Part shown: positions 62,904-64,000 of the stretch, one piece after another | Layout: each line of letters starts with the position of its first letter | Position numbering within the stretch: position 1 is the stretch's first letter | NCBI GenBank assembly: GCA_044892525.1 | Contig: CM097885.1 | Location: forward strand, 236,594,001 to 236,658,000 | Origin: Schmidtea polychroa | Taxonomy: Eukaryota | DNA: 64,000 bases | Direction: 5' to 3' | Notes under the pieces: model-generated | What the model was told of the DNA's origin: nothing | Database searches by the model: none | The model's input: the letters and a program-made list of their open reading frames with translations, nothing else | Translations under genes and position numbers: made by a program

Positions 62904-63963
62904 CTACTTTACGAAAATGTAGTGTCAAATGAGTTTTTGAGTCTTTTGGGAAGTTTATAAGTTTTCCACTATCGTCACGAATATTTATTTCTATATTGTT
63001 TATACATGAGCTTGCTATTGGTAAATACATGGGATTATCGATATTTATATTGACAACTTCATCATGTTCATATTTTCCAATCCATACCGATTTCAAAAGA
63101 GGAACACTGGAATCACCAACAATTATAGGCTCAATAATATTAGTATATATGAACATTTGTTGATGATGTTCAAGTATTCTTGGTTTACGTATACCAGCCG
63201 ATTTTTCCCGATATTGCTGCTTCTCTAATCCAAGTGTATTTGTCAAATTTTTATCAAATGTAACTTCGCAAATATCATCATTCAAACTGAAGGTAAACAT
63301 CAAATCTTTCACAATGTCCAAACTTTTAAATATGTGTGAACAATTGTACTTTAAATATTTAAGTAACACATCAAGTTTATCAATATATAATTCGTCAGCA
63401 AAGGTGAATGATTCTTCAACTTCATTATTATACGACACTGATATTTTGATTTCTTCTCTCATTACACTGTTTGCTTCAAATAGATTAAAGCGTAATAAAT
63501 ATTCTGTTTCCATAACTTCATTTTTCAACTTATTGCAACCCAATCGTTTGGCATCTTCAATATATTCGAATGTTATTGTAAATGGTTTAAAATCACAACT
63601 GATATTTAATCCATCCTTGTAAAACATAGAGCAGTGCTGATCTAATAGTTGATTTGGAATATGATATGTTTTATCATAATTACTGATAATAAAGATACCG
63701 CTACATGTTTTCATAGCATTCCTTTTGAAATCAATCTTACATTGACTATAAAATGGGAATGTATTGTACACGAATGTAAAATCTTGCAGTGCAACTTCCC
63801 AGTCCCCATTTAAAGAAATCGGATTCTGGAGATTGACCATGAATTTACTGGCTTGATTATCTGGATGAATAAGCGGGCAAATATTGCTTGGTAAAATAGT
63901 ATAAAGATTCACTTTACTAGATCCTTTTCTGATATCCATGATGGGTTTTGATAACCATGCCAT
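62896..63963 (-). CDS. Minor capsid protein / penton (PX)
   Basis: LPSN.....PDN..S.F...L..PI.L.G.WEVAL; FIYTNII....VGD..VPLL; YLP.....I..IEI.IRD..G..I.F; LHFR. Confidence 0.85.
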   Translation of the reverse strand: MAWLSKPIMDIRKGSSKVNLYTILPSNICPLIHPDNQASKFMVNLQNPISLNGDWEVALQDFTFVYNTFPFYSQCKIDFKRNAMKTCSGIFIISNYDKTYHIPNQLLDQHCSMFYKDGLNISCDFKPFTITFEYIEDAKRLGCNKLKNEVMETEYLLRFNLFEANSVMREEIKISVSYNNEVEESFTFADELYIDKLDVLLKYLKYNCSHIFKSLDIVKDLMFTFSLNDDICEVTFDKNLTNTLGLEKQQYREKSAGIRKPRILEHHQQMFIYTNIIEPIIVGDSSVPLLKSVWIGKYEHDEVVNINIDNPMYLPIASSCINNIEINIRDDSGKLINFPKDSKTHLTLHFRKVDG

Positions 63964-64000
63964 TTGACATAGAATTGTTTATCCTTGCCGACCTTTTTAG

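Larger units (their letters stand above)
54291..64000 (-). mobile_element. Polinton/Maverick (polintovirus/adintovirus-like), continuing past the window end
   Basis: AGTAG terminus after (TA)n; pPolB, adenain-like protease, and major and minor capsid genes. Confidence 0.95.

Overview
AT-rich eukaryotic (animal) genomic DNA, almost entirely transposon-derived; composition and very short introns suggest an invertebrate such as a flatworm, which is only an inference. One host gene is evident: TXNDC9/PhLP3, with coding exons 16528-17049 and 22921-23064 and a 5.9-kb intron filled with transposons. The rest comprises the right end of a Polinton-like element (1-4649), several hAT remnants and MITEs (three with perfect 8-bp TSDs), a MULE remnant, a 72-bp piggyBac-type element, two decayed Ty3/Gypsy elements with -1 frameshift signals, a large unusual Gypsy element (42834-~54290), and the left part of a Polinton/Maverick (54291-64000+). 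The most striking object is the large Gypsy. It carries a chuvirus-like class III fusion glycoprotein remnant between gag and the protease, a second predicted membrane protein after integrase, and REX4/ISG20-like DEDDh exonuclease-fold ORFs. The Polinton pPolB gene appears to be spliced, with three small 5' exons missed by the ORF track. All protein family calls are by visual motif recognition; no searches were run.
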